A DNA stretch of 64,000 nucleotides, from assembly GCA_038884975.1 (NCBI GenBank), contig JAWAAW010000001.1:18476-82475 (forward strand), in the 5' to 3' direction. This document shows, in pieces, positions 8,273 through 17,897 of this stretch. Positions within the stretch are counted from its first letter, which is position 1. Each line of letters starts with the position of its first letter. The position numbers and the translations under genes were made by a program. This DNA comes from Candidatus Woesearchaeota archaeon. Its GTDB lineage: Archaea > Nanobdellota > Nanobdellia > Woesearchaeales > ARS49. Below the pieces are notes generated by a model, which worked only from the letters and a program-made list of their open reading frames with translations, ran no database searches and was not told where the DNA came from.

Positions 8273-9478
8273 ATGAAATTCGCACACCTTGCAGACGTTC
8301 ACCTTGGAGGTTGGAGAGAACCAAAATTAAGGGAGCTTAATACAAAGAGCTTTGTTTATGCGATTGATAAATGCATTACGGAAAAAGTTGATTTTGTAAT
8401 AATAGCAGGAGATTTGTTCAACACATCACTGCCTTCAATGGACGCATTGAAGGTGTGCGTGCAGAAACTTAGAGAACTCAAAGACAATGGCATTTCAGTT
8501 TATCTCATACCTGGTTCGCATGACTTCTCGCCAAGTGGAAAGACAATGATAGACATCCTTGAGCAGGCAGGAATTGCAGTCAATGTTGCAAAAGAGGAGC
8601 CAACAAGCAGCAGAATACATCTAAGTTTTACTACAGACAAGAAAACAGGAGTAAAGATTACAGGAATATTTGGCAAAAGAGGTGGGCTTGAAAAGCACAC
8701 GTATGAAAAACTTGACAAGGAAAAACTCGAAGCAGAAGCGGGAACAAAAATATTCCTCTTTCATTCTGCAGTCACAGAATTAATGCCTAAATCACTTGGC
8801 TCAATCGATGCACTGCCTGTTTCCTCAATGCCAAAAAAATTTGATTATTACGCAGGAGGACACATACACATAAGAGAAAGCAAGTTCATTGACGGCTACG
8901 GCACTTTCGTTTATCCAGGCCCCCTCTTCCCCAACAACTTTTCAGAACTGGAAGAACTTGGGTGCGGAAGCTTCACAATTTATGACAATGATAACATAAG
9001 GTATGAAAAAATACAATTGCAGCCTGTTGTAAGAATAAGCGCAGACGTGACAGGCAAAAGTGCGTCAGAAGCAGAAAAAGAAATACAAAACAAGCTCAAC
9101 ATGACGGACGTGACAAACGCAATAGTGCTCATACGAGCTGAAGGAATGCTGAGAGAAGGAAAACCGGGAGACATCCCATTCAACCTGATAATTGATTCGC
9201 TGAACAGAAAAGGAGCATATGTGGTACTGAAGAACACCAATAAGCTAGAAAGCAAGGAATTTGAGGAAATCAAGGTAAGCAAAGGAACAGTCGACGAGAT
9301 TGAAGAAGACATAATCAACAAGCACATAGGCCAGCTCAAGATAATGCCAAAAGAAAAAGAGGGTTTTTTTGCAAAAGAGCTTATGAGAATTCTCAGCGCT
9401 GAAAAAGAGGAGGGTGAAAAAGTTGCTGACTTTGAAAAAAGAATATCGCATGAGGTGGACAAGCTACTTGGGCTCTAA
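8273..9478 (+). CDS. mre11: Mre11/SbcD-like metallophosphoesterase nuclease
   Basis: Start trimmed to the ATG at 8273 (MKFAHLADVHLGG); the track start is a GTG. Motifs DVHLG, GDLFN, PGSHD and GGHIH are present. Confidence 0.75.
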   Translation: MKFAHLADVHLGGWREPKLRELNTKSFVYAIDKCITEKVDFVIIAGDLFNTSLPSMDALKVCVQKLRELKDNGISVYLIPGSHDFSPSGKTMIDILEQAGIAVNVAKEEPTSSRIHLSFTTDKKTGVKITGIFGKRGGLEKHTYEKLDKEKLEAEAGTKIFLFHSAVTELMPKSLGSIDALPVSSMPKKFDYYAGGHIHIRESKFIDGYGTFVYPGPLFPNNFSELEELGCGSFTIYDNDNIRYEKIQLQPVVRISADVTGKSASEAEKEIQNKLNMTDVTNAIVLIRAEGMLREGKPGDIPFNLIIDSLNRKGAYVVLKNTNKLESKEFEEIKVSKGTVDEIEEDIINKHIGQLKIMPKEKEGFFAKELMRILSAEKEEGEKVADFEKRISHEVDKLLGL

Positions 9479-9678
9479 AACCTCTTGAAATACACATGCA
9501 CAAAATGCTTTCTTCTCTTTCTGTAAAAAAGAGAGATAAGCCAGAGTATTACTGCCGCGACAACCGCAACAGGAATAAAGATAATGATTACATTAAGGAC
9601 AAAAAACAGTACAACAAGTATAAGAAGCACCACTAAAAAGAAGACGACAAGCCCTTTCAGCCCATTGAATTTAATCAT
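9475..9678 (-). CDS. Small two-TM membrane protein
   Basis: Highly hydrophobic 67-aa ORF. Its start codon overlaps the DedA stop codon by 1 nt at 9678. Confidence 0.4.
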   Translation of the reverse strand: MIKFNGLKGLVVFFLVVLLILVVLFFVLNVIIIFIPVAVVAAVILWLISLFYRKRRKHFVHVYFKRF

Positions 9679-10319
9679 TAATTCCTCCTTGAGAGTTTAA
9701 GTATAAAATTCTTTATGGTCTTCCTGAACAAACACACAAAAATTGCGAACATCACAAAAACAATAAGGAGAAGAAATGGGATTATCGCATCAACAGAATA
9801 CACAAATGCTAATAATTTCTCAACCTGAGGACCAAGCATTCTGCCAATCCACACTAGTATTGGCGTCTGAATTACTGCTCCAAAAGAATCTGCAAAAAAG
9901 AATCTGCTCTGCCTCATTCCAGAAGCGCCTGCAACCCACGCCGTGACCACACGGGTGCCAGGGATAAACCGCGCGAAAAAAACAGCATAAGGGCCGTGCG
10001 AATCAACAGCATTTTGCACATGCGCAATTAACCTATCATTAACAAAACACTTCAGGATGGAGTGACCGTGGCTTGCGAGATAAAAATGAAAGTTATCAAC
10101 AACAATCACGCTGATTAATGCAACAAGAACAGCAGGCCAAAAGCTGAAAACAGTCTCAAAAACAAGGCAGCCAGTAAGCAAAAGAATAACTTCCTCAGGA
10201 ATTGGCAGGAAACCAGAGCCATTAAGCAGAATAACAACAAATATTGCAAGATATGAGAGTTGTGCTGTGTAAGGAATTGTTATCTCTGCAACCATTTCAA
10301 CTTTTTCAAGAATGCTCAA
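9678..10319 (-). CDS. DedA/VTT-domain membrane protein
   Basis: Multi-TM protein with FIPGTRVVTAWVAGASGM, typical of the DedA family. Confidence 0.7.
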   Translation of the reverse strand: MSILEKVEMVAEITIPYTAQLSYLAIFVVILLNGSGFLPIPEEVILLLTGCLVFETVFSFWPAVLVALISVIVVDNFHFYLASHGHSILKCFVNDRLIAHVQNAVDSHGPYAVFFARFIPGTRVVTAWVAGASGMRQSRFFFADSFGAVIQTPILVWIGRMLGPQVEKLLAFVYSVDAIIPFLLLIVFVMFAIFVCLFRKTIKNFILKLSRRN

Positions 10320-10326
10320 TAAAAAG

Positions 10327-11709
10327 CTATTGCTTCAATGCATTTTTCAACAGCGCAAGAACTGCTTGTTCCTTTGCCCTTCCTTGGCTTGCCCTGATGA
10401 CCTGCCCAACAAGGAACTGCATTGCCTTTTCCTTTCCTCTCTTCACGTCACTGACTGCCTGCGGATTTTCCTTGATGACCTTCTCAACAATTTCTTCTGT
10501 TTCCTTTTCCCCCAAAGCCAGCAAACCAAGCTTTTCAGCTAATTGTCTTGCAGGAGCAGGATGCAACAACAATTCCCTAAGCAACAATTCAGCACCTCGC
10601 TTTGAAACAACACCCGAAGAAAGCATGCCAAGAAAATCATTCATATGCTCTGCCTTGAATCCGGTCCTGTCAAAACGCACCGCATTAAAGTTCAGGATTT
10701 TCTGAACATAAGAATACCACATTGCGGCAAGGGAGGCATCATTTTTCCTCACAACCTCCTCAAACTGGTCTGCAAGTGCGCGCTCTGACATCAAGGACTC
10801 TGCCTGCTCCTGCTTGATTTTGTATTCCTTCACAAAGCGGGCAATCCTCTTTCTTGGAGGCTCTGGCATTTCCAACCGTACCTTCTCCAATTGCTCATCG
10901 GTTATTATTAATGGTGGAAGGTCAGGTTCAGGAATGTAGCCGTATTCTTCCTCTGTTTCCTTATGCCTCATACTATCAGTGGTACCTGTACGCTGGTCAA
11001 AAGAGCGCGTTTCTGTGACTCCCCGTTCCCCTCTTGCAACGATGCTTTCCTGGCGTATTATTTCAAACTGGGCTGCGCGTTCAACATCGCGAAAGCTCGT
11101 AATATTCTTTACCTCAACCCTTGGGTGACCTTCTACTGAAACATTCACGTCAGCCCTTATTTTACCTTCCTGCGCATCAAAAATTCCAATGTAGTCAGCA
11201 AGACGCATCAGTTCCTCAAGAAATTCCCTAGCCTCAGCAGGACTTGAAAATACTGGCGGAGTAACAATCTCGCACAAAGGCGTGCCTGAACGATTGTAAT
11301 CAATAAGCACGTACTCCGTGCCTTTCTTTCCCTCAACATGCTTCAATGACGCAGGGTCCTCCTCAATATGAATTCTTGTAATTGGAATTTTTCTGTCCTT
11401 AAGCTCAAGCAATCCCTCTGTTGCGAACGGCTGGTCATACTGCGTAATCTGGAAGTTCTTGGGCAAATCAGGATAAAAGTATGTCTTTCTTGCAAAAAAA
11501 GATATTTTCTGGATTTTGCAATTCATTGCCAAAGCAAGCTTTATGGCAGCAATAAACGCGTCAGTGTTCAGCCGCGGCTTCGAGCCGGGCATTCCCAAGC
11601 AAGTCGGGCACACTTTGGTATTAGGTTCAGCACCCTCTGTCGAGCACGCACAGAACAGTTTGCTTTTGGAGTTCGGCTGCAGGTGAATCTCCAAGCCAAT
11701 CTTAACCAT
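10327..11709 (-). CDS. gatB: Asp-tRNA(Asn)/Glu-tRNA(Gln) amidotransferase subunit B
   Basis: Start trimmed to MVKIGLEIHLQ (ATG at 11709; 8-nt overlap with gatA). GatB-like along its whole length, including the YqeY-like tail. Confidence 0.9.
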   Translation of the reverse strand: MVKIGLEIHLQPNSKSKLFCACSTEGAEPNTKVCPTCLGMPGSKPRLNTDAFIAAIKLALAMNCKIQKISFFARKTYFYPDLPKNFQITQYDQPFATEGLLELKDRKIPITRIHIEEDPASLKHVEGKKGTEYVLIDYNRSGTPLCEIVTPPVFSSPAEAREFLEELMRLADYIGIFDAQEGKIRADVNVSVEGHPRVEVKNITSFRDVERAAQFEIIRQESIVARGERGVTETRSFDQRTGTTDSMRHKETEEEYGYIPEPDLPPLIITDEQLEKVRLEMPEPPRKRIARFVKEYKIKQEQAESLMSERALADQFEEVVRKNDASLAAMWYSYVQKILNFNAVRFDRTGFKAEHMNDFLGMLSSGVVSKRGAELLLRELLLHPAPARQLAEKLGLLALGEKETEEIVEKVIKENPQAVSDVKRGKEKAMQFLVGQVIRASQGRAKEQAVLALLKNALKQ

Positions 11710-12988
11710 AATTCTCACCCACCTGCACAAGCAGTTCATCATTGTTATGGTCCGCAATCAAGTGCAACCCCACAGGCATCCCTTTTGCAGTTCCGCAAGG
11801 AATGCTCAAGTGTGGCAATCCAGCAAGATTTGCAGGAACAGTCAAGACGTCCATTGAGTATTCCTCCAAAGGCGACAGCTTTTTTATTTCCTCAAAAGTC
11901 GGCGCAACAATCGGCATAGTAGGTGCAGCAATAACGTCAACATCCTTGAATGCCTTCTTGAAATCATTGATCAGCAATTGCCTAATTTTCTGTGCCTGTA
12001 CGTAATACTTGTCACGGTAGCCTGCCATGCGGACAAAAGTGCCAAGCAATATCCTGCGCTTTGCTTCTGTGCCAAAATATTTGCTGCGCACCCTGCTGAA
12101 ATATTCCCAGTACTCGCCACCACCCTCAAGCGGCAAGGTTGAGCCGTATCTTAATCCGCAATACTTTGCAAGGTTTGTTGATGCCTCTGCGAGCGCAATG
12201 ATGTAATAAGCAGCAAGGGCATAAGGTGTTGTGGGAATGCTGATTTCCTTAACAGCAATTCCAAGCGATTCAAGCTTTTTTACTGCATCATCAAAGCATT
12301 TTTTTACTCCTGCGTCTATTTCTTGAGCAAGCCATTCCTTTGGAATTCCAATTGTTACTTTCTTTGACAATTTGGGGGGGTCCCTGAACCGCACACCCTG
12401 ACAAGTCTCGTCTTTTCCATCAGGACCAGAAATGACTTCAAGGGCCCTGCTTGCATCACGCACTGTTTTTGCCACAACACCTATCTTGTCCAACGAGTTT
12501 GCATAATCAATCAACCCATACCTTGAAACCCTCCCATAAGTTGGCGTCAATCCAACAACCCCGCAGAAAGCAGCAGGAGCGCTGATTGAGCCGCCTGTTG
12601 ACTGCGCAAGAGCAAACCTTGCAAACTTTGATGCGGCAATGTAGCCAGCACTACCACCTGACGAACCACCGCAGGAACGCTTTGGGTCGTGAGGGTTTTT
12701 TGGAACCCTGAAAGTATTTGCTGAAAAAGTGCCAAATCCGAATTCGTCCATCGCAGTCTTTCCGAGAATGCTGTAGCCATTTGCCTTGAGCCGCACCACT
12801 ACGGTGGCATCAAATGGGGGAATATATTGCTCGAGTATTTTTGAGCCTGCAGACGTTGGAATTCCTTTTGTGCAAATGTTATCCTTGACCGCAACAGGAA
12901 TTCCTTCCTGCGGATGCTTAAGCGTGATGAAGAAATTATATTGCTCATTCAGTTTTTTGGCTTCCTCAACTATTTCTGCATTGCTCAT
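11702..12988 (-). CDS. gatA: Amidotransferase subunit A (amidase signature family)
   Basis: GGSSGGSA amidase signature. ATGA overlap with gatC. Confidence 0.9.
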   Translation of the reverse strand: MSNAEIVEEAKKLNEQYNFFITLKHPQEGIPVAVKDNICTKGIPTSAGSKILEQYIPPFDATVVVRLKANGYSILGKTAMDEFGFGTFSANTFRVPKNPHDPKRSCGGSSGGSAGYIAASKFARFALAQSTGGSISAPAAFCGVVGLTPTYGRVSRYGLIDYANSLDKIGVVAKTVRDASRALEVISGPDGKDETCQGVRFRDPPKLSKKVTIGIPKEWLAQEIDAGVKKCFDDAVKKLESLGIAVKEISIPTTPYALAAYYIIALAEASTNLAKYCGLRYGSTLPLEGGGEYWEYFSRVRSKYFGTEAKRRILLGTFVRMAGYRDKYYVQAQKIRQLLINDFKKAFKDVDVIAAPTMPIVAPTFEEIKKLSPLEEYSMDVLTVPANLAGLPHLSIPCGTAKGMPVGLHLIADHNNDELLVQVGENYG

Positions 12989-13260
12989 TTTGTCGGCGGG
13001 CCCTTAATGAAGCCATCCCCCTTAAGTTCAGTATTCCTTAGCGCGTCCTCTCTTGACAACCCTTCTGCAACAACATCCTTTCTTTCCATTGGCAACAAAG
13101 GAACGGGGTGTGTTGCTGGCTGAACCCCCTTTGTGGGCGCTTTGGCTATGATGTCAAATGCCTTGAGAATGCTGTCTAATTCCTTTGCAAATCTTTCACG
13201 CTCTTCTTTTGTAAGGTCAAGCCTTGCAATTTTTGCAAGCTTGTCGATAGGCTCGTCCAT
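12985..13260 (-). CDS. gatC: Amidotransferase subunit C
   Basis: 91 aa. LAKIARLDLTKEERERFAKELDSIL is the GatC pattern. Located directly upstream of gatA. Confidence 0.85.
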   Translation of the reverse strand: MDEPIDKLAKIARLDLTKEERERFAKELDSILKAFDIIAKAPTKGVQPATHPVPLLPMERKDVVAEGLSREDALRNTELKGDGFIKGPPTK

Positions 13261-13264
13261 AAGA

Positions 13265-13337
13265 CGCCCGAGGCAGGACTCGAACCTGCGACTTCCTGGT
13301 TAACAGCCAGGCGCTCTACCTGCTGAGCTACTCGGGC
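13265..13337 (-). tRNA. tRNA-Asn (anticodon GUU), no encoded CCA
   Basis: Minus-strand read GCCCGAG-UA-GCUC-AGCAGGU-AGAGC-G-CCUGG-CUGUUAA-CCAGG-AAGUC-GCAGG-UUCGAGU-CCUGC-CUCGGGC-G folds as a canonical cloverleaf. Confidence 0.9.
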
Positions 13338-13381
13338 AGGATAAGAAAACAAGGTCAGAAAGCTCTATAAAAAGGTTGTGT

Positions 13382-14692
13382 TCACGGCTCCAGTCTTTCA
13401 GGGTCCCTTGGGAAAAGCACCGCCTCTCTGATGTTCTCAAGCTGGCAGATTGTCTGCACCATTCTGTCCATGCCAATGCCAAAGCCGCCGTGAGGTGGGA
13501 TGCCGTACTTAAAGGCGTCAAGGTAGAACTCAAAATTGTCAGGGTTCATGCCCTTGTCAGCAATTTGCTGTTTCAAAACTTCGTACCTGTGCTCTCTTTG
13601 GCCTCCTGATGCAAGCTCAAGACCCCTGTACATAAAATCAAATCCCCTGCAGTATTCGCCATCATTCATTATGTAGAACGCCCTGACTTTTGTCGGGAAT
13701 TTCGTGAGGAAATAAGCGCTTGCGCCGTACTTCTTCTGCACGAGTTTGCCAAGCTTTTTCTCATCCTCTGAGCCCAAGTCATCGCCGAGCTTCATCTTTG
13801 AGCCAGAGGCATTAAGCATCTCAACACCTTCCTTGTAAGTGATTCTTGGAAAAGGGAACTTGGGAATGTCAAGCTTGATGCCAAGCAAATCAATCTCTTC
13901 CTTGCACTTTTCTTCAACCTGTTTCATCACGTACATAAACATCCTTTCCATAACCTTAAGGACATCGTCTTCGTCATCAATGTAGGCCATTTCAAAGTCA
14001 AAATGCGTGAATTCAGTCAGGTGCCTTGTTGTGTGTGATTTCTCTGCACGAAAAGTAGGGCCGATTTCAAACACCTTCTCAAAACCAGCAGCAAGCATCA
14101 TTTGCTTGTACAATTGCTGACTCTGACTCAAGAATGCCTTTTTGTTGTAATAAATAACGGGGAATAATGTTGCTCCTCCTTCAGCGCCTGCAGAAATCAG
14201 TTTTGGAGTCTGCATTTCAATAAATCCCTCTCCTATCAGGAATTCCCTGATTGCCATATTGACCCTGCTTCTGATTTTGAAAATGGCAAGAACTTTAGGA
14301 TTCCTCAAATCAAGAATGCGAAAATCAAGGCGCTTGTCAAGGTTTGTCTCAATCCTGCCAGTGAAATCAATTGGAAGGTTTGGCTGAGCTGCACTTAGGA
14401 CCTCAAGCTCTTCCAACTGCAGTTCCTTTGCTCCGCTCTTGAGCTTGCTTGCCTTGACCTTCCCTTTTACTACAATCACGCTTTCTTTTGTTATTCCCTT
14501 TATGTCCTTGAAATGATGATTGTCGGAAGTGGCTACAATCTGCACTGTACCAGAACGGTCGCGCAAAGTTATGAATGCAATCTTGCCCATTTCCTTTGCA
14601 TCAGCAGCAAAACCAGCAACAAAAACAACATCCCCTTCCTTCTTTTTCTGCACGTCTGCTGCAGGAATCCTTTTAGCAAGCGATAAAGCCAT
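13382..14692 (-). CDS. aspS: Aspartyl-tRNA synthetase, archaeal type
   Basis: Class II motifs FRAEKSHTTRHLTEF and GGFGIGMDR, with an N-terminal OB anticodon-binding domain. Confidence 0.9.
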   Translation of the reverse strand: MALSLAKRIPAADVQKKKEGDVVFVAGFAADAKEMGKIAFITLRDRSGTVQIVATSDNHHFKDIKGITKESVIVVKGKVKASKLKSGAKELQLEELEVLSAAQPNLPIDFTGRIETNLDKRLDFRILDLRNPKVLAIFKIRSRVNMAIREFLIGEGFIEMQTPKLISAGAEGGATLFPVIYYNKKAFLSQSQQLYKQMMLAAGFEKVFEIGPTFRAEKSHTTRHLTEFTHFDFEMAYIDDEDDVLKVMERMFMYVMKQVEEKCKEEIDLLGIKLDIPKFPFPRITYKEGVEMLNASGSKMKLGDDLGSEDEKKLGKLVQKKYGASAYFLTKFPTKVRAFYIMNDGEYCRGFDFMYRGLELASGGQREHRYEVLKQQIADKGMNPDNFEFYLDAFKYGIPPHGGFGIGMDRMVQTICQLENIREAVLFPRDPERLEP

Positions 14693-14731
14693 AAGTATCA
14701 GCGAATAAGGGCGTTATTTAAAGGTTTTGAA

Positions 14732-15313
14732 CTATTTTTTCTTCATACGTATCTGCAACGCGAGGTCCTCGAGCTTTTCAAGGCCATACTTTATTGAGTC
14801 AAACTTCCTTCTTACAGGAAGGTTCCTGAAATCAAAAAGTGAAAGCTCCTGATGCAATTGATTGACAAAATCGCGTATCTGAAGTGCGGTCATCGTGTCG
14901 CCCCTTATTGCGCTGTTTATTGCCTTTCGCACAAGCTCGCCAACAAGGTCGCACAAGCCAGGCAAATAAGTATCAATGTCAACCCCCAACTGTTTTGCGG
15001 TAGGCAAAGCCTTTTTTGTTAACAGCGACAAGTAGCAGGATGCCTCAACATATTCCTCAAGCGCCTCAAGATAAGCCCCTGTTGCTGCAAGATGCGTGTC
15101 CTTTTTTATCAGTTTTTGTATCCTTGCTATTGTCTTTCTTGCAATTGCAATCTGTTTTTTTGCTGTTCCTACTTCATTCCTGTGCAATGAATAGATTGAT
15201 TTTTTGCTTAGTGCAAGAACATCGCGCGAAAGCCGTATCAATTGCTCACGCAAGGCATCATGGCTTTCAATATGCCTGCGCATCATTTCAAATGCCTTCT
15301 TGTCAATCCTCAT
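14732..15313 (-). CDS. Translin-family protein
   Basis: Helical 193-aa protein with EALEEYVEA and PGLCDLVGELVRKAI, resembling the translin/TRAX core. Confidence 0.55.
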   Translation of the reverse strand: MRIDKKAFEMMRRHIESHDALREQLIRLSRDVLALSKKSIYSLHRNEVGTAKKQIAIARKTIARIQKLIKKDTHLAATGAYLEALEEYVEASCYLSLLTKKALPTAKQLGVDIDTYLPGLCDLVGELVRKAINSAIRGDTMTALQIRDFVNQLHQELSLFDFRNLPVRRKFDSIKYGLEKLEDLALQIRMKKK

Positions 15314-15378
15314 TTTGTCCGACGAAAGTTTTATATAGGAACGTATTTAAAGTTATCGAAAGAAAAAGAGATGAGGAA

Positions 15379-15945
15379 ATGGCAGCACCAACAGTATTAG
15401 GGAATGTCCTTTTGTTCTTCCAGCGTATTGGCATTTATGACGTTGTGCTCCCCTTTCTATTGGTATTCACAATCACATTCGCAATCTTTGAAAAAAGCAG
15501 GATTCTTGGAATAGAAAAGATTGAGGACAAGGAATACACAAAGAAAAACCTCAACGCAATGGCATCATTCGTGATAGCATTCCTTGTCGTGGCTTCAAGC
15601 AAGCTTGTGGAAACAATCACAAGGGTAAGTTCAAACATAATCGTTCTCGTCCTGCTTGGGGTTTTCTACCTGCTTCTTGTCGGCACATTTTGGGCGCCAA
15701 AGGAAGAAAAGGAAAAATGGGTTGGTCTTCCCAAACACTGGAACACATTATTTATGGTAATAATGTTCATCGGCATCGTCATAGTTTTCCTTGACGCGAT
15801 AAGAGACGAGTCAGGAAGAAGCTGGCTTGACGCCTTATGGGACTACTTGAGCCAATTCTGGACATCAACTGCTGTAGCATCGATAATCTTAATAATATTC
15901 CTTATTGTCTTTGTTTACTGGATGGCAAAGGGAGAAAAGAAATAA
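15379..15945 (+). CDS. Polytopic membrane protein, paralog 1 of 3
   Basis: Start trimmed to the ATG at 15379; the upstream part of the track ORF is antisense to the translin gene. Shared motif GIYDVVLPFLLVFTITFAIFEKSRILG. Confidence 0.65.
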   Translation: MAAPTVLGNVLLFFQRIGIYDVVLPFLLVFTITFAIFEKSRILGIEKIEDKEYTKKNLNAMASFVIAFLVVASSKLVETITRVSSNIIVLVLLGVFYLLLVGTFWAPKEEKEKWVGLPKHWNTLFMVIMFIGIVIVFLDAIRDESGRSWLDALWDYLSQFWTSTAVASIILIIFLIVFVYWMAKGEKK

Positions 15946-15955
15946 GAGGTGACTT

Positions 15956-16579
15956 ATGGTATTATTCCAATTTTATGGCGGTTATAGGGGATGGGGCTGG
16001 GGAGGATACTTCAGCGACTTTGTCTACTGGCTTGATTACTGGGGAGTCCGCGACATAATACTGCCGTTCATACTGATATTCACGATCTTTTTTGCAGTAC
16101 TGCAAAAAATAAACCTATTTGGAACTGGCTCCAAGAAATACAACATTGTGCTTTCATTAGCAATTGCACTCCTAGTTGTTATTCCTCACGCAACAGGCTT
16201 TTATCCACCCCAAGCGGATGTTGTTAACATAATAAACGACTCAATACCAGAAGTGGCGCTGCTAGTAGTTGTTGTGGTATTATTGCTTTTTATGGTCGGT
16301 CTTGCAGGAGGAGAAGTGCCCAAAAAAACAGGACTTACTTCAGTTATTGCGCTGGCAGCAATGGCATTAATAATACTAATTTTCGTCAATGCATGGACGC
16401 CAATTCCAATCCTTCAATATATTGACCCAAGCATCCAAGCATTAATCGTAATACTCCTCGTATTTGGAATAATAATATGGTTTGTAACAAAACCAGAAGC
16501 GCCTCCACCAGGAGCAAAAGGGCTAAAGGAATGGCTGTGGGAAGAATTCGGAGGCACACCTAAACAAGGCGGTGGCTAA
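15956..16579 (+). CDS. Polytopic membrane protein, paralog 2 of 3
   Basis: Shared motif GVRDIILPFILIFTIFFAVLQKINLFG. G/W/Y-rich N-terminus. Confidence 0.65.
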   Translation: MVLFQFYGGYRGWGWGGYFSDFVYWLDYWGVRDIILPFILIFTIFFAVLQKINLFGTGSKKYNIVLSLAIALLVVIPHATGFYPPQADVVNIINDSIPEVALLVVVVVLLLFMVGLAGGEVPKKTGLTSVIALAAMALIILIFVNAWTPIPILQYIDPSIQALIVILLVFGIIIWFVTKPEAPPPGAKGLKEWLWEEFGGTPKQGGG

Positions 16580-17144
16580 TAAAGAGATGGCAACACTATT
16601 AGATATCGGATTGTTGCAAAAGTTTGACGTAATCTTTCCCTTCATTTTTGTTCTCGTCATAGTTTATGCTGTGCTGACAAGGACCAAGTGGATGGAGAAC
16701 AAACAAGCGCTTGCGTTCCTCCTGGCTTTCGTGCTTGCTGTAATGACCTTGTTCAGCAGTATTGCGGTAAAGACAATCAATCGCATGGCTCCTTGGTTCA
16801 TAATCCTCGTCATTTTCGGCATCCTCTTAATCCTTGCTTACCAGGCATTTGGGGTCAAGGAAGAAACAATACTGGACGTGCTTACAAAGAGTGAGTACCG
16901 CCACAACTTTGCCTGGTGGGTTCTGGCACTAATGCTTATAATAGGAATTGGCACACTAACATCAGTCGTTTCTGAGGAAAAACAGTTCACAAAACTCGCT
17001 GCTGGAGAGAACGTGACAGGAATTCCTGCAGAGGGCGAGCAGATTGGCTTCTGGGCAACGATATTCCATCCCAAAGTCCTCGGGCTTGCACTAATCCTGC
17101 TGATAGCCATGTTCACAATACAGAAGCTGTCTTCTACGGATTGA
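16572..17144 (+). CDS. Polytopic membrane protein, paralog 3 of 3
   Basis: Shared motif QKFDVIFPFIFVLVIVYAVLTRTKWM. 8-nt overlap with paralog 2. Confidence 0.6.
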   Translation: MANKEMATLLDIGLLQKFDVIFPFIFVLVIVYAVLTRTKWMENKQALAFLLAFVLAVMTLFSSIAVKTINRMAPWFIILVIFGILLILAYQAFGVKEETILDVLTKSEYRHNFAWWVLALMLIIGIGTLTSVVSEEKQFTKLAAGENVTGIPAEGEQIGFWATIFHPKVLGLALILLIAMFTIQKLSSTD

Positions 17145-17173
17145 CACTGAGCAATTCTGAAACCTGATGCTGC

Positions 17174-17857
17174 TTATTTCTTTCTTGCGGGCGCTGCAGC
17201 TGGCTTTGCTGTCTTTGCAGTCTTTGTTATCCTAGACAACTCTGCAACAGAACCAGTCAGCTCAGGAAGGACTTTCTGGAAGACCTTTTCCATTGCCTTT
17301 ATTTCAGTGCCCACATCAAGAAGGTTCTTGTCATATTCTGAAATCTTGCTCACGATTGCCTTGTGCAGGTTGTCAAGATCAGATTTCATATCTGCCAAGG
17401 ACTGGTCAAGCTTGTCAAGCCTGGATGTTGTTGCTTCCTTCCACTCATTAATCTTGCCAATCTCCTTCATAAACTCATTCCATTTTTCCTCAACAACCGC
17501 CTCCGCAATTTCCTCAAAGCCCTTTGGAGTCTCAGCCGCGCCCTTCGGAGCGGTCTCTGCTGCAGGAAACTCTCCGACACCAGCACTCGGCGCTTCTGGC
17601 ATTGGCTCCGCACCGCCCTTCATCTCTGCCTGAGCCATGGCATCATAAATCTGCTGGGGCTGATAGCCTTGCCTTTGTAAGGTCTGGATTATTTGGTTAT
17701 TAGTCAATCCCTGCTGCCGCATTGCCAAGACCTGGTCTGTCGGAACTTCAGGAGGCATTGGTCCTGGCACAGGCATTCCCATAGGCACGGGATAACCCGC
17801 AACAGGCGCAGGAGCCTCTGCTGCGGGCTTTTTCTTGAAAATGTCCAGCAATCCCAT
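17174..17857 (-). CDS. Soluble coiled-coil protein with Pro-rich N-terminus (FlaC-like coiled coil?)
   Basis: N-terminus MGLLDIFKKK, a P-rich linker, a small helical module LAMRQQGLTNNQIIQTLQRQGYQPQQIYDAM, then a heptad-rich C-terminus (LDKLDQSLADMKSDLDNLHKAI...). No TM segment. Confidence 0.5.
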   Translation of the reverse strand: MGLLDIFKKKPAAEAPAPVAGYPVPMGMPVPGPMPPEVPTDQVLAMRQQGLTNNQIIQTLQRQGYQPQQIYDAMAQAEMKGGAEPMPEAPSAGVGEFPAAETAPKGAAETPKGFEEIAEAVVEEKWNEFMKEIGKINEWKEATTSRLDKLDQSLADMKSDLDNLHKAIVSKISEYDKNLLDVGTEIKAMEKVFQKVLPELTGSVAELSRITKTAKTAKPAAAPARKK

Positions 17858-17897
17858 TTTATTCCTCTTTTTCCCTTGTTGCTCGTCAAATTACTTA

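Noticed and set aside
8273-9478. The Mre11-like nuclease without adjacent rad50/herA/nurA as a possible anomaly.
   Set aside because: Partner genes may lie elsewhere in the genome. A single window cannot establish their absence. It could also be a generic SbcD-family or other calcineurin-like phosphoesterase.
15016-15378. N-terminal 121 aa of the track ORF 15016..15945.
   Set aside because: This part is antisense to the translin-like gene and looks non-protein-like. A proper ATG at 15379 begins the conserved membrane-protein sequence shared with the two downstream paralogs.
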